NCBI GenBank assembly: GCA_020052415.1 | Contig: JAGVPB010000011.1 | Coordinates: forward strand, 128,035-192,034 | DNA: 64,000 bases | Reading direction: 5' to 3' | DNA from: Bacteroidales bacterium | GTDB taxonomy: Bacteria > Bacteroidota > Bacteroidia > Bacteroidales > JAADJA01 | In this document: piece after piece, positions 25,114-34,983 of the stretch | How the letters are laid out: the number at the start of each line of letters is the position of its first letter | Position numbering within the stretch: position 1 is the stretch's first letter | Notes under the pieces: generated by a model | Seen by the model: the letters and a program-made list of their open reading frames with translations, nothing else | Database searches by the model: none | Told to the model about the DNA's origin: nothing | Position numbers and translations under genes: made by a program

Positions 25114-27525
25114 ATGAGATGGATTAATAATTCTGTCAGTCTGCTGCTGCTCTTTTTATTTTTTACAGCATTGCAATCACTGGCTCAGCAAAAAACTGTC
25201 AGTTACCTATTTGACGCGGGTGCGGTACCCACCGAAAAGTTCATTGATGTGACACACCTTACGGCAAAGATCAGCATTGATCCTTACAGGAAAATAGTGG
25301 ACGGCAAAGCAGCTTTTACTTTCAGGACCTTAAGGGAAACGACCGATTCAATTCAATTTGACTTAACCGATATTAGCGTCAGTGAAATTACAATTGACGA
25401 TAAGCCGGTAAATTATCATGTTAACGGAAATTCACTTATTATCCTTCCCGGATCACAAACCGAAAGGGGTAAGGATTATACTTTAAGTATTATTTACAAG
25501 GCAACCTCATCCTCCTATCTTTATCTTTCAGGCTGGGACGATACTTCAGGTATAAAAAGAAAGCAAATCTGGGCACACCGGCCATTTAGCTGGCTTCCCT
25601 ATACCGATGCACGGCTAACAGTGGATATGTTTGTTACCTTTAATAAAGACTATAAAGTTTTTTCAAATGGCGAACGGGTGGAGGTAATCCCGCAGGGCGA
25701 TTCGCTGTTGACCTGGCATTACCGCATGAACCACCCTCATCCGTTTTTCTCTACAGCGCTGGTAATCGGCGATTACGATTACCGTTCTTTTAAGGCCACA
25801 ACGGGTCTTCCTCTTGAAATGTGGTATTACCCGGAACAGGAGGACCGGGTCGAAACAACCTATCTTTACATGTCGGAGATGATCAGCTTTCTCGAAAAGG
25901 ACATGGGACTATCCTATCCCTGGGAACTTTACCGCCAGGCTCCGGTTGTGGATTATTTGTATGGTGCAATGGAAACGACGACTTCCACAGTTTTCGGGGA
26001 TTATATGTTTGTTGACCAAAGGGCATTTTCGGGCAGGAATTATGTGAATGTGAATGCCCATGAGCTGGCCCATCAATGGTTCGGGAACTATATTTCCCAC
26101 ATGGCTCCCAAAGACGTATGGCTCACGGAAAGCTTTGCGACTTATTATGCTAAGATTTTTGAACGGTCTGTATTTGGTGAAGACTATTATCAGAATGAAC
26201 GGAACAACGAATTTATTGAAACCTTTGAGGCCTCTGTTAGGGATAATTATGCAACAGGTCATAGTCATGGCGGACGTGCACGATGGTACCCAAAAGGCTC
26301 ATTAATCCTCGACATGCTTAGGGATGTTATGGGTGATGAAAACTTTAAAACAGCCATACGCTATTATCTTGAGAACCATCCTTATACCGATGCTCAAACC
26401 AGCGATTTTCTGAAATCTATTTACCTTTCCACCGGTTTGAACATGGATTGGTTCTTTGATGAGTGGATCAGAAGGCCGGGCGAACCGTCTTTCAAAGTAA
26501 GCTACGAAAGGATAACAGGGTCGGATAAAACAGATGTAACACAAGTTATAGTAGGCCAGGTTCATGAAATAAGCGAAATAACGGATTATTTCAGGATGCC
26601 GGTATGGATTGAGATCCATTACTCCGATGGTTCATTTACCCGTGAAAAGGCATGGGTGGACGGTCAGCAGACCATTGCAAATATTGAAAATACAAGTTCA
26701 AAAGGAATCGGATTTGTACTGTTTGATCCCGGAAGGCGGATATTGAAAAAAGTGACATTTGATAGGAGTTTTGATGAATTGTCATTGCAGGCACTTCGGG
26801 CTCCGCTGATGATTGACCGTTATGATGCCCTGGTCGCAATGGAGAATCTGCCATTGGATCAAAAAAAGGATTTGTTATTGAATTGTTACGGAAAGGAAAA
26901 ATTCTTTCTTACCAAATCCGAAATTATCAAACAGCTTGCCGGGGACTTGTCGCCGGAAGTTATCGAACTTGTGAGAAAGGCAGTTAATGACAGCGATGTT
27001 TATGTCCGGAGGGCTGCACTTCAGCATATTAAAAATGTCCCGCCGGTATTAAAAAAGGAATTTGAAAAATTGCTGGCAGATGAGTCGTATATAAACGTAG
27101 AGCTTGCACTGCAAAACCTTTCAGCATCCTTCCCTGAAGAAACTGCCTCTTATCTCGAAGCGACTAAGGATGAAAGCGGCTGGCGCGGGAAGAATATCCG
27201 CATCAGTTGGCTTGAAATTGCTATTGAGAACGGGCATAGAGAATACATTCAGGAACTTATTGGTTACAGCAGCAAAAGCTATGAATTCGAGACTAGGCAG
27301 AATTCGCTGAATGCTTTGAAAAGGATGAATTATTTGGATAAAGAGGTAGCAAATAATTTAATTAATGCTTACCTTTACTGGAACTACAAGCTAAGCAATA
27401 CTGCCAAAGAGGTGCTGGGTTTTTTTATGCAGGAAAATTATTCCAGAAAAATCCTCACAGATTTTTGGAAAAGCAATTCCTGGACTAAAAAACAGCAAAA
27501 GCAGTTATCAGTCTTTTTCAAATAA
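25114..27525 (+). CDS. M1-family aminopeptidase with C-terminal HEAT-like repeats
   Basis: GAMETT exopeptidase-like motif, HELAHQWFGN zinc motif and the downstream glutamate in WLTESFATY. The signal peptide starts at MRWINNSVSLLLLFLFF (ATG at 25114). Confidence 0.85.
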   Translation: MRWINNSVSLLLLFLFFTALQSLAQQKTVSYLFDAGAVPTEKFIDVTHLTAKISIDPYRKIVDGKAAFTFRTLRETTDSIQFDLTDISVSEITIDDKPVNYHVNGNSLIILPGSQTERGKDYTLSIIYKATSSSYLYLSGWDDTSGIKRKQIWAHRPFSWLPYTDARLTVDMFVTFNKDYKVFSNGERVEVIPQGDSLLTWHYRMNHPHPFFSTALVIGDYDYRSFKATTGLPLEMWYYPEQEDRVETTYLYMSEMISFLEKDMGLSYPWELYRQAPVVDYLYGAMETTTSTVFGDYMFVDQRAFSGRNYVNVNAHELAHQWFGNYISHMAPKDVWLTESFATYYAKIFERSVFGEDYYQNERNNEFIETFEASVRDNYATGHSHGGRARWYPKGSLILDMLRDVMGDENFKTAIRYYLENHPYTDAQTSDFLKSIYLSTGLNMDWFFDEWIRRPGEPSFKVSYERITGSDKTDVTQVIVGQVHEISEITDYFRMPVWIEIHYSDGSFTREKAWVDGQQTIANIENTSSKGIGFVLFDPGRRILKKVTFDRSFDELSLQALRAPLMIDRYDALVAMENLPLDQKKDLLLNCYGKEKFFLTKSEIIKQLAGDLSPEVIELVRKAVNDSDVYVRRAALQHIKNVPPVLKKEFEKLLADESYINVELALQNLSASFPEETASYLEATKDESGWRGKNIRISWLEIAIENGHREYIQELIGYSSKSYEFETRQNSLNALKRMNYLDKEVANNLINAYLYWNYKLSNTAKEVLGFFMQENYSRKILTDFWKSNSWTKKQQKQLSVFFK

Positions 27526-27551
27526 TCAGAAATCGGCTTTTTATAAAGTTT

Positions 27552-27559
27552 TATCTTTG
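27552..27559 (+). promoter_or_regulatory. -7 promoter box (TATCTTTG)
   Basis: Matches TAnnTTTG, with 20 nt before the ATG at 27580. Confidence 0.4.
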
Positions 27560-27579
27560 CGCCTTTTACTTTTCTAAAA

Positions 27580-28872
27580 ATGGAGCAAACGATCAATAAC
27601 CACAAAAGGGATTATCTTATCCCCATCATCATCATTGGAGCACTGTTCTTTATTTTCGGATTCGTCACCTGGCTGAATGCCACACTGATCCCATATCTTA
27701 GAATAGCCTGCGAGCTGACGGCCTTTGAGTCCTTTTGGGTGACCTTTGCATTTTATATTTCATATTTTGTGATGGCCCTGCCTTCATCCGCCGTATTGAA
27801 AAAGACAGGTTTTAAAAACGGAATGTCTGTGGGACTGATCACAATGGCAATAGGTGCACTGGTTTTTATTCCGGCTGCAACGACACGAACATACGGTTTA
27901 TTCCTCACTGGTTTGTTTATACAGGGAACGGGACTGGCCATCCTCCAAACGGCTTCCAATCCTTACGTTACGATTCTCGGTCCGATCGAGAGCGCTGCAA
28001 AACGGATCAGCATCATGGGAGTGGCCAACAAATTTGCAGGTATCTTAAGCCCGGTCATACTTGGAGCTGTTGTGCTTGAAGGGGCGGATGACCTTGTGAT
28101 CAAGCTTAAAGGAATGGATGCTGTCAGCAAGGCTGCCGAACTGGATATCCTTTCTGCAAAAGTGATCATGCCCTACATTATTATGGCTGTTGTTTTACTG
28201 ATCCTCGCAGGAATGATAAGGTTTTCATCCCTTCCCGATGTGGAAAAGGAAACTGACGGGGATGATCCCGCTGCTTCGTCACCACGAACCAGCATCTTCC
28301 AGTTCCCCTATCTCTGGCTCGGAGTTCTGACCATATTTGTTTATGTGGGTGTGGAAGTGATTGCTGTGGATACTCTGATAGGCTATGGCCATTTTCTCGG
28401 ATTTGAGTTTGCGGAAGCAAAGTTCTTTTCATCCTTCACACTCGGAGCCATGATTGTAGGTTATTTCGTCGGAATATTTGCGATTCCGCGCTTCATTTCT
28501 CAGTCGCAAGCATTATCGTCCTTCGCTTTACTTGGCTTGTTATTTTCCATTGCGGCAACCCTCACCAAAGGTTATACCTCCATTCTAATGATTGCTGCTT
28601 TGGGATTTGCAAATTCAATTATGTGGCCGGCCATCTGGCCACTTGCTATTGACGGCCTCGGGAAATTTATAAAGACCGGCTCGGCCCTGCTTATTATGGG
28701 AATTGCCGGAGGGGCTACATTACCTCTCCTGTATGGTTATTTATCGGGATTAAATTCTGTCGGATCGCAGAAGGCCTATCTCATTATGATACCATGCTAT
28801 CTGTTCATTCTTTATTTTGCGATACGCGGTCATAAAGTAGGCAGGAAACTGGTTATTAAAGTGAAGAATTAA
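27580..28872 (+). CDS. MFS sugar transporter (FucP/GluP glucose-galactose family)
   Basis: 430 aa with about 12 TM helices. The N-terminal pattern (FFIFGFVTWLNATLIPYL) is typical of FucP/GluP-type symporters. Confidence 0.75.
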   Translation: MEQTINNHKRDYLIPIIIIGALFFIFGFVTWLNATLIPYLRIACELTAFESFWVTFAFYISYFVMALPSSAVLKKTGFKNGMSVGLITMAIGALVFIPAATTRTYGLFLTGLFIQGTGLAILQTASNPYVTILGPIESAAKRISIMGVANKFAGILSPVILGAVVLEGADDLVIKLKGMDAVSKAAELDILSAKVIMPYIIMAVVLLILAGMIRFSSLPDVEKETDGDDPAASSPRTSIFQFPYLWLGVLTIFVYVGVEVIAVDTLIGYGHFLGFEFAEAKFFSSFTLGAMIVGYFVGIFAIPRFISQSQALSSFALLGLLFSIAATLTKGYTSILMIAALGFANSIMWPAIWPLAIDGLGKFIKTGSALLIMGIAGGATLPLLYGYLSGLNSVGSQKAYLIMIPCYLFILYFAIRGHKVGRKLVIKVKN

Positions 28873-28884
28873 TATTCAAAATAA

Positions 28885-29796
28885 ATGAAACCAACATTAT
28901 TGATCCTTGCTGCAGGAATTGGAAGCAGGTATGGCGGATTAAAACAAGTGGATCCCATAGGGCCAGGTGGAGAAGCCATTATTGATTATTCCATCTACGA
29001 CGCTATCCGTGCCGGTTATGGGAAAGTTGTGTTTGTGATCCGAGAGAGTTTTGCGGCATCTTTTATAGAGGCATTTGATTCAAAACTTAAAGGAAGGATT
29101 GAAACTGATTATGTGTACCAGGAACTCGATAGCCTTGTCCCTAAAGAGATTTCTATCCATCCTGACCGGAAAAAACCCTGGGGAACGGGGCACGCTATTC
29201 TTGTTGCCAAAGATGTGATTCATGAACCCTTTGTTGTCATAAATGCGGATGATTATTACGGGCCGGCTGGTTACAGCCTGATTCCGGCTTATCTTGAAAA
29301 AGCGTCGGTATTTAACATTCCGCATTATTGTATGGTAGGATACGGACTTAGAAACAGCCTGTCGGAACACGGATTTGTTTCGCGCGGAATATGCGAAGCA
29401 GATAAAGATGGTTTTCTAAAAACGGTGATCGAAAGAACACATATCGAAATTACTGATGGTAAGATTTTCTCTCAACTGGATGAAAATAACAGGATTGGAC
29501 TCACCGGTAATGAAGTCGTATCAATGAATATCTGGGGATTTACACCTGACTATTTTAGTTTCCTTGAAAGATATTTTAACACATTTATCACAAAAAATGC
29601 CGGTAATCCCAAAGCCGAATTCTATATCCCGTATGTTGTTAATGATCTGATACAGGATAAAAAGATCAGATTGAAAATACTTGAATCAAACGATCGCTGG
29701 TTTGGCGTCACTTACAAGGAAGATAAAGCAACAGCGGTTCAAAAAATCCGCGATCTTATCCTGAAAGGAATTTATCCCGAAAAATTGTGGAATTAA
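28885..29796 (+). CDS. sugar-1-phosphate nucleotidyltransferase family protein
   Basis: The N-terminal LILAAGIGSRYGGLKQ matches the G-x-G-t-R nucleotidyltransferase signature. 303 aa. Confidence 0.75.
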   Translation: MKPTLLILAAGIGSRYGGLKQVDPIGPGGEAIIDYSIYDAIRAGYGKVVFVIRESFAASFIEAFDSKLKGRIETDYVYQELDSLVPKEISIHPDRKKPWGTGHAILVAKDVIHEPFVVINADDYYGPAGYSLIPAYLEKASVFNIPHYCMVGYGLRNSLSEHGFVSRGICEADKDGFLKTVIERTHIEITDGKIFSQLDENNRIGLTGNEVVSMNIWGFTPDYFSFLERYFNTFITKNAGNPKAEFYIPYVVNDLIQDKKIRLKILESNDRWFGVTYKEDKATAVQKIRDLILKGIYPEKLWN

Positions 29797-29800
29797 AATT

Positions 29801-30868
29801 ATGGAGCCTGATTTTTATTCGATCATCAGCCGGTTCAGAATTGAAGGACAGGTAAAGCATGCCTTTCCGTTTGGATCGGGTCATATTAACGATTCGTATA
29901 AGGTGATGACCAATGATAAAAATTTTTTGCTGCAACGAATTAATCATAACATTTTCAAAGATATACCGGGTTTAACAAATAATATTACAAGGATCACCGA
30001 TCATCTCCGTGATCGCCTTACTGAAGAAAATCAGCAGGTTTTGATTCCGGTGAGGACAAATAAGGGAGATTACATTCTGAAGGATGAAGAAGACGACTAT
30101 TGGAGAGTATTTGATTTTATAGAAGGAAGTAAAAGTTATGACCGGGTCGGAAATCCTGAAATCGCCTGTGAAGGTGGCAGAGCTTATGGACAGTTTCTGA
30201 AAATGCTCGATGATTTCCCGGTTGATACTCTCATCGAAACCATTCCCCGGTTTCATGATATTGAATTCCGTTTGGAAAATTTCAGAGAAGCCGTGTTGGA
30301 AAACATTGCAGGCAGGGCGGGCGAGGTTCAGAATGAAATTGATTTTGCGAATAAAAGATCAGATGAGATGCAGCTTGTTTCGAACCTTGGCAAGGCTGGG
30401 AAACTACCGCTTAGGGTTACACACAACGACACCAAGATCAATAATGTACTGTTTGACCAGGATAATAAAGCCATCTGTGTTATTGACCTCGATACAGTCA
30501 TGCCCGGCTATGTGCATTTCGATTTCGGTGATGCCATCCGGACTTTCACAAATACTGCGGATGAAGATGAGAAAGACCTGACTATGGTTTCAATGAATAT
30601 TAATTTATTCGAAGCGTTTGCAAAAGGATTTTTATCAGAAACAAAAAACATCCTGAAAAAAGAAGAAATTGAAACACTGGCATTTTCTGCAAGGCTGATG
30701 ACTTATATTATCGGATTGCGCTTCCTCACCGACTATCTTCAGGGGGATGTTTATTATAAGACCCGTTTTCCCGGGCACAACCTGATTCGGGCAAGGGTTC
30801 AGTTCAGGCTGGTTGAAAGCATGGAGGAACAGCGCGTTAAGATGGAATCAATAATCGCAGGCACTTGA
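29801..30868 (+). CDS. APH-fold anomeric sugar kinase (N-acetylhexosamine-1-kinase-like)
   Basis: The catalytic loop VTHNDTKINNVLFD and metal-binding VIDLDTVMPGYVHFDFGD resemble NahK-type kinases. Lies 4 nt after the nucleotidyltransferase gene. Confidence 0.7.
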   Translation: MEPDFYSIISRFRIEGQVKHAFPFGSGHINDSYKVMTNDKNFLLQRINHNIFKDIPGLTNNITRITDHLRDRLTEENQQVLIPVRTNKGDYILKDEEDDYWRVFDFIEGSKSYDRVGNPEIACEGGRAYGQFLKMLDDFPVDTLIETIPRFHDIEFRLENFREAVLENIAGRAGEVQNEIDFANKRSDEMQLVSNLGKAGKLPLRVTHNDTKINNVLFDQDNKAICVIDLDTVMPGYVHFDFGDAIRTFTNTADEDEKDLTMVSMNINLFEAFAKGFLSETKNILKKEEIETLAFSARLMTYIIGLRFLTDYLQGDVYYKTRFPGHNLIRARVQFRLVESMEEQRVKMESIIAGT

Positions 30869-31082
30869 TACAATGGCTAAATTGATTTTTTCCTGCCTGT
30901 TTGATCAAAAAAAAGACAGCCGAAGGATATACCACTGTCATATATGCCAGTCTTTGTCGTTGAGGCAAGGAATCTTATTATCAGTACTTAATGGTAAACC
31001 AAGCCGTGCATAACGACTTTATGTGAGTCACAACTTCGCTCCACCTAAAGACTTACTTATCAGCTGAAGGGCTACTTTATAT

Positions 31083-31223
31083 TTATTTTGGTGCTTCATC
31101 CTCTTCTAAATAATATTCTTTTGTCAGCCTTTCTAGTTGTTGGAAGTATTCATAACCAAAATATTCTTCAGCAATATCTAAAATTTCTTGCTTCTGTTCT
31201 TCGGTTGATTTTAAATTTTCCAT
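31083..31223 (-). CDS. possible 46-aa acidic small protein
   Basis: Hand-translated as MENLKSTEEQKQEILDIAEEYFGYEYFQQLERLTKEYYLEEDEAPK (14 acidic and 5 basic residues). It is below the ORF-track cutoff. A -7 box lies 20 nt upstream. Confidence 0.35.
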   Translation of the reverse strand: MENLKSTEEQKQEILDIAEEYFGYEYFQQLERLTKEYYLEEDEAPK

Positions 31224-31243
31224 ATTAAATAAAATTTAGAATT

Positions 31244-31251
31244 CAAAAATA
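31244..31251 (-). promoter_or_regulatory. -7 promoter box (TATTTTTG) for the small ORF
   Basis: Matches TAnnTTTG on the minus strand, with 20 nt before the ATG at 31223. Confidence 0.3.
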
Positions 31252-31399
31252 TTAAAAATAATTTACTTCATTATCATATTTGATGTTTTTTTGAAATATG
31301 GCTATGTATTAGTGTTTATATCCGCTTTCCCCCCGAACCAGAGGTTCAAAAATAGAGAAAGGAGGTAAATTCAGAAAAAACCAATATAACAAGACATTA

Positions 31400-31493
31400 A
31401 CAAAAAACGATCAACGAGATTTAGTCAAGGACAACAGTCAAACTCTGAACCCGGAACTCAGAATTCTCAACTTCAAACCTTGAACCTTGAACT
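31400..31493. repeat. mosaic periodic-repeat locus C
   Basis: Conserved modules AACGATCAA (31406-31414), TTTAGTCA (31420-31427) and AAACTCTGAACCCGGAA (31440-31456). Eight heptamers follow: TCAAACT CTGAACC CGGAACT CAGAATT CTCAACT TCAAACC TTGAACC TTGAACT (31438-31493). The array ends 2 nt from the rocD stop codon. Confidence 0.85.
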
Positions 31494-31495
31494 AC

Positions 31496-32716
31496 TTAAA
31501 ACGCCAAAATCGATTTCCTGATCCTGCTGATGGCATCTCTTAATTCGTCCTCACTTATCACTAATGGAGGAGCAAACCGGATAATATGTCCGTGAGTAGG
31601 TTTTGCAAGCACTCCGTTCTTAGCCATTTCAAGGCAAACATCCCAGGCTTCCTTGCCCTGCATTTGGTTTATGACAACCGCGTTCAAAAGGCCTTTACCC
31701 CTCACAAGTTCAATCATAGGAGATTCAATTTTACGCATTTCATCACGGAAAATCTTACCAAGATAATCAGCTCTTTCGGCGAGTTTCTCATCTTTTACCA
31801 CTTCGAGAGCAGCGACTGCTACCTTTGCGGCAACCGGGTTCCCCCCGAATGTCGAGCCATGCTGGCCGGGTTTGATACAAAGCATGATATCATCATCGGC
31901 GAGAACCGCTGAAACGGGGTAAACACCTCCAGATAAAGCTTTTCCAAGAATCAAAATATCCGGCCTTACCTTTTCATGATCGCAGGCAAGAAGTTTTCCG
32001 GTTCGCGCAATTCCTGTCTGAACCTCATCGGCTATAAACAGGACATTCTTTGCTTTACACATTTTAAAGGCTCTTGTAAGGTAACCTTCATCCGGGACAA
32101 ACACACCCGCTTCTCCCTGAATGGGTTCAACCAAAAAACCGGCAACATCGGGGTTTTCCAATGCTTTTTCCAGTGCATTCAGATCGTTATAGGGAATGGT
32201 AATGAATCCGGGAGTATATGGACCGAAACCATCTCTTGCCTCAGGATCAGTTGACATGGAAACAACAGTAATGGTCCTTCCGTGAAAATTTCCTTCGCAT
32301 ACAATGATCTTTGCCTGGTTTTCTGCAATACCTTTTTTATCATAAGCCCATTTGCGGCAGAGTTTCAAAGCTGTTTCGTCACCTTCGGCGCCGGTGTTCA
32401 TCGGAAGAATTTTGTCATAACCGAAATATTTGGCGATGTATTCTTCGTAGGGTCCCAAAGCATCATTATGAAATGCCCTTGAAGTGAGAGTAAGAGTTTT
32501 GGCCTGTTCATAAAGTGCCTGTACGATTTTTGGATGGCAATGTCCCTGGTTCACAGCCGAGTAAGCAGAGAGAAAATCAAAGTATTTTTTCCCCTCGACA
32601 TCCCACAGAAACGGGCCTTCTCCTTTTGCCAAAACTACAGGCAGGGGATGATAGTTATGGGCGCCATATTTCTCTTCAATTTTAATCAGGTCTTTCGATG
32701 TCATCATTTCAATCAT
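31496..32716 (-). CDS. rocD: ornithine aminotransferase (ornithine--oxo-acid transaminase)
   Basis: Class-III aminotransferase. The N-terminus [46 protein letters not shown] is characteristic of OAT. 406 aa. Confidence 0.85.
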   Translation of the reverse strand: MIEMMTSKDLIKIEEKYGAHNYHPLPVVLAKGEGPFLWDVEGKKYFDFLSAYSAVNQGHCHPKIVQALYEQAKTLTLTSRAFHNDALGPYEEYIAKYFGYDKILPMNTGAEGDETALKLCRKWAYDKKGIAENQAKIIVCEGNFHGRTITVVSMSTDPEARDGFGPYTPGFITIPYNDLNALEKALENPDVAGFLVEPIQGEAGVFVPDEGYLTRAFKMCKAKNVLFIADEVQTGIARTGKLLACDHEKVRPDILILGKALSGGVYPVSAVLADDDIMLCIKPGQHGSTFGGNPVAAKVAVAALEVVKDEKLAERADYLGKIFRDEMRKIESPMIELVRGKGLLNAVVINQMQGKEAWDVCLEMAKNGVLAKPTHGHIIRFAPPLVISEDELRDAISRIRKSILAF

Positions 32717-32739
32717 AATGCTGATATTTTATAATTTAA

Positions 32740-32747
32740 CAAAATTA
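32740..32747 (-). promoter_or_regulatory. -7 promoter box (TAATTTTG)
   Basis: Matches TAnnTTTG on the minus strand, with 23 nt before the rocD ATG. A second match (TACTTTTG) lies at 32754-32761. Confidence 0.35.
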
Positions 32748-32794
32748 TGCAGGCAAAAGTATAATATTAAAACACAATTTTTTTCAAACTCATT

Positions 32795-33940
32795 CTATTC
32801 CTTTAAAATGCTCTTCGATATAACCACCCTCTGAACCTGGTTGGTACCCTCGTAAATCTGGCAAAGCTTGGCATCGCGCATCATCTTCTCAACATGAAAC
32901 TCACGTGAATATCCGTCGCCGCCCATAGCCTGAACAGCATCTGTAGTCACTTCCATTCCAATATCAGATGCATAAAGCTTCGACATGGCCGAAAGCTTGT
33001 TTAATTTCTTTTTGTCAAAATCATAAGCCCATGCTGCATACCATGTGATCAGGCGTGCACATTCAATTTTTGTAGCCATGTCGGCCAGCATAAATCCGAT
33101 CGCCTGGTTGGATGCGATCGGTTGTCCGAACTGTCTCCGGTTTTTCGTCCATTCCTTGGCTATTTCATAAGCTGCACGTGCATTCCCAACGCTTAGGGCA
33201 GCAACACCGGTACGGGTTCTATCGAAGGTTTTCATGGCGATCAAAAAACCATGTCCCTCTTCTCCTATCCTGTTTTCAACCGGAATTTCCACATCATGAA
33301 AAAGAATTTCATTTTGAACCGAAGCCTTCTGTCCCATTTTCTGCAAGCGTGGCTTAAACTCAATACCGGCAGAATCAGAAGGAACAAGGAAAGCCGTGAG
33401 GCTCCGCGAACCTTTTTCCGGATCGGTTTGGGCAAAAACAGTCATAAAGGTCGAAACTTCGGCGTTGGTAATAAACCTTTTATGGCCATTCAATATGTAT
33501 TTATCACCTTTTTTCAAAGCCAGGGATTTGATACCCTGAACATCAGAGCCTGCATTGGGTTCTGTTAAACAATATGCGGCCACACCCTGAATCTCATTGA
33601 TCAGTCCGAAATATTTTTTCTTTTGTTCATCGGTTGCTGCAACGTATAGCGGTGTCAATGCGAGTGTGTTGGCATCAATACTAATCCCCATTCCTATGCA
33701 ACCTGCTCCTAACTCTTCGGAAGCGACGGCTCCATCCAGCAGGCTAAAGTTATGACCTCCATATTCCACGGGCATAACACCGTTCATAATACCTTCGCGG
33801 TAAGCAGCTTTAACTATTTCCCATGGAAATTCCGCAAGTTCATCATACTTTAACCGGTTCGGTATAACCCATCTGTCAACGAAATCTTTGTATTTCGCCT
33901 GGATTTCCTCTTGTTCTTTTGATAATTGAAAATTTAACAT
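32795..33940 (-). CDS. acyl-CoA dehydrogenase
   Basis: 381 aa with typical ACAD motifs (CLTEPNAGSD, GHKRFITNA, QAMGGDGY, YEGTNQVQR). Confidence 0.9.
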   Translation of the reverse strand: MLNFQLSKEQEEIQAKYKDFVDRWVIPNRLKYDELAEFPWEIVKAAYREGIMNGVMPVEYGGHNFSLLDGAVASEELGAGCIGMGISIDANTLALTPLYVAATDEQKKKYFGLINEIQGVAAYCLTEPNAGSDVQGIKSLALKKGDKYILNGHKRFITNAEVSTFMTVFAQTDPEKGSRSLTAFLVPSDSAGIEFKPRLQKMGQKASVQNEILFHDVEIPVENRIGEEGHGFLIAMKTFDRTRTGVAALSVGNARAAYEIAKEWTKNRRQFGQPIASNQAIGFMLADMATKIECARLITWYAAWAYDFDKKKLNKLSAMSKLYASDIGMEVTTDAVQAMGGDGYSREFHVEKMMRDAKLCQIYEGTNQVQRVVISKSILKE

Positions 33941-33972
33941 CTTAATATCGGCTTTATTTTATTAATGTGAAG

Positions 33973-33980
33973 CAAAAATA
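33973..33980 (-). promoter_or_regulatory. -7 promoter box (TATTTTTG)
   Basis: Matches TAnnTTTG on the minus strand, with 32 nt before the ATG at 33940. Confidence 0.35.
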
Positions 33981-34037
33981 AAATTTTCATTTATAGAAAC
34001 AATTTTTTTTGATTTTTCTTTCTGTAAAAAGGTTTGT

Positions 34038-34106
34038 TCAAAACCTGAAACCTGTCTCGCCTACGGCGAGATGAAACTTTGAACCTTGAACCTGGAACTT
34101 TAAACT
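34038..34106. repeat. mosaic periodic-repeat locus D with central hairpin
   Basis: Heptamers TCAAAAC CTGAAAC, then the hairpin, then TGAAACT TTGAACC TTGAACC TGGAACT TTAAACT. The array ends 3 nt from the fabI stop codon. Confidence 0.85.
34055..34071. other. conserved hairpin TCTCGCC-TAC-GGCGAGA
   Basis: 7-bp GC-rich stem. The same stem sequence recurs at 43288-43304 with an ATT loop. Confidence 0.8.
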
Positions 34107-34109
34107 AAC

Positions 34110-34955
34110 TTAATCCACCGGCGGGCACTCTTCACAATCAAGGCTCCGGGTGTACATTCTCATGGCTTTCAAACTCATCCCCATGCTTGAGAAACCACCA
34201 TCGTGATAGATGTTTTGCATGGTTACTTTTTTTGAAAGATCGGAAAACATAACAATGGTAAAGTCGGCACACTCCTCAGCAGTTGCATTGCCAAGAGGCG
34301 ACATGCGTTCAGTAAAATCCATTAATCCGTCAATTCCTTTAACGCCACTTCCAGCGGTAGTAAGGGTTGGCGATTGGGAAATGGTGTTGACCCGGATTCT
34401 TTTTTCACGTCCGTAAATATAGCCAAAGCTGCGTGAAATAGATTCAAGGAGCGCTTTGGCATCGGCCATATCGTTATAACCATACAATGTTCTTTGTGAG
34501 GCTATATATGAAAGTGCAACCACACTTCCCCATTCGCTGATTGCATCTAACTTATAGCAGGTTTGTAAAAGCTTATGAAACGACAAGGCAGATATATCAA
34601 GGGTCTTTTGAAAAAAATCATAGTGCAGGTCATTGTAAACTCGCTTTTTTCTGACATTCATTGACATTCCTATTGAATGAAGGATGAAATCAATCTTGCC
34701 CCCAAGAATTTCCATAGATTTTGAAACCAGGTTTTCCAGGTCAGCGATACTTGTTGCATCAGCAGGAATTACACTGGCATTGCATTTTTTTGCCAATTGA
34801 TCTATCTCCCCAAAACGCATTGCAGCAGGCGTATTGGTTAGCGTGAATATTGCTCCTTCATCGTAAGATTTTTCAGCTACCTTCCATGCAATTGATTTAT
34901 CATCAAGTGCTCCGAATATGATCCCTTTCTTGCCTTTCAGTAAATTATATGCCAT
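34110..34955 (-). CDS. fabI: enoyl-[acyl-carrier-protein] reductase (NADH), FabI type
   Basis: The N-terminus LKGKKGIIFGALDDKSIAW and the SDR-like Y/K region are typical of Bacteroidota FabI. 281 aa. Confidence 0.85.
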   Translation of the reverse strand: MAYNLLKGKKGIIFGALDDKSIAWKVAEKSYDEGAIFTLTNTPAAMRFGEIDQLAKKCNASVIPADATSIADLENLVSKSMEILGGKIDFILHSIGMSMNVRKKRVYNDLHYDFFQKTLDISALSFHKLLQTCYKLDAISEWGSVVALSYIASQRTLYGYNDMADAKALLESISRSFGYIYGREKRIRVNTISQSPTLTTAGSGVKGIDGLMDFTERMSPLGNATAEECADFTIVMFSDLSKKVTMQNIYHDGGFSSMGMSLKAMRMYTRSLDCEECPPVD

Positions 34956-34983
34956 TGTTTTTATGTTATTTAGTTATGTCGGA

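Noticed and set aside
30869-31082. Possible tRNA, ncRNA or decayed toxin gene in the left part of the long gap
   Set aside because: No acceptor/T-arm pattern was found. Minus-strand frames give only short stop-interrupted fragments (for example ...LPLSTDNKIPCLNDKDWHI) with no family I can recognise, so the idea cannot be supported from sequence alone.
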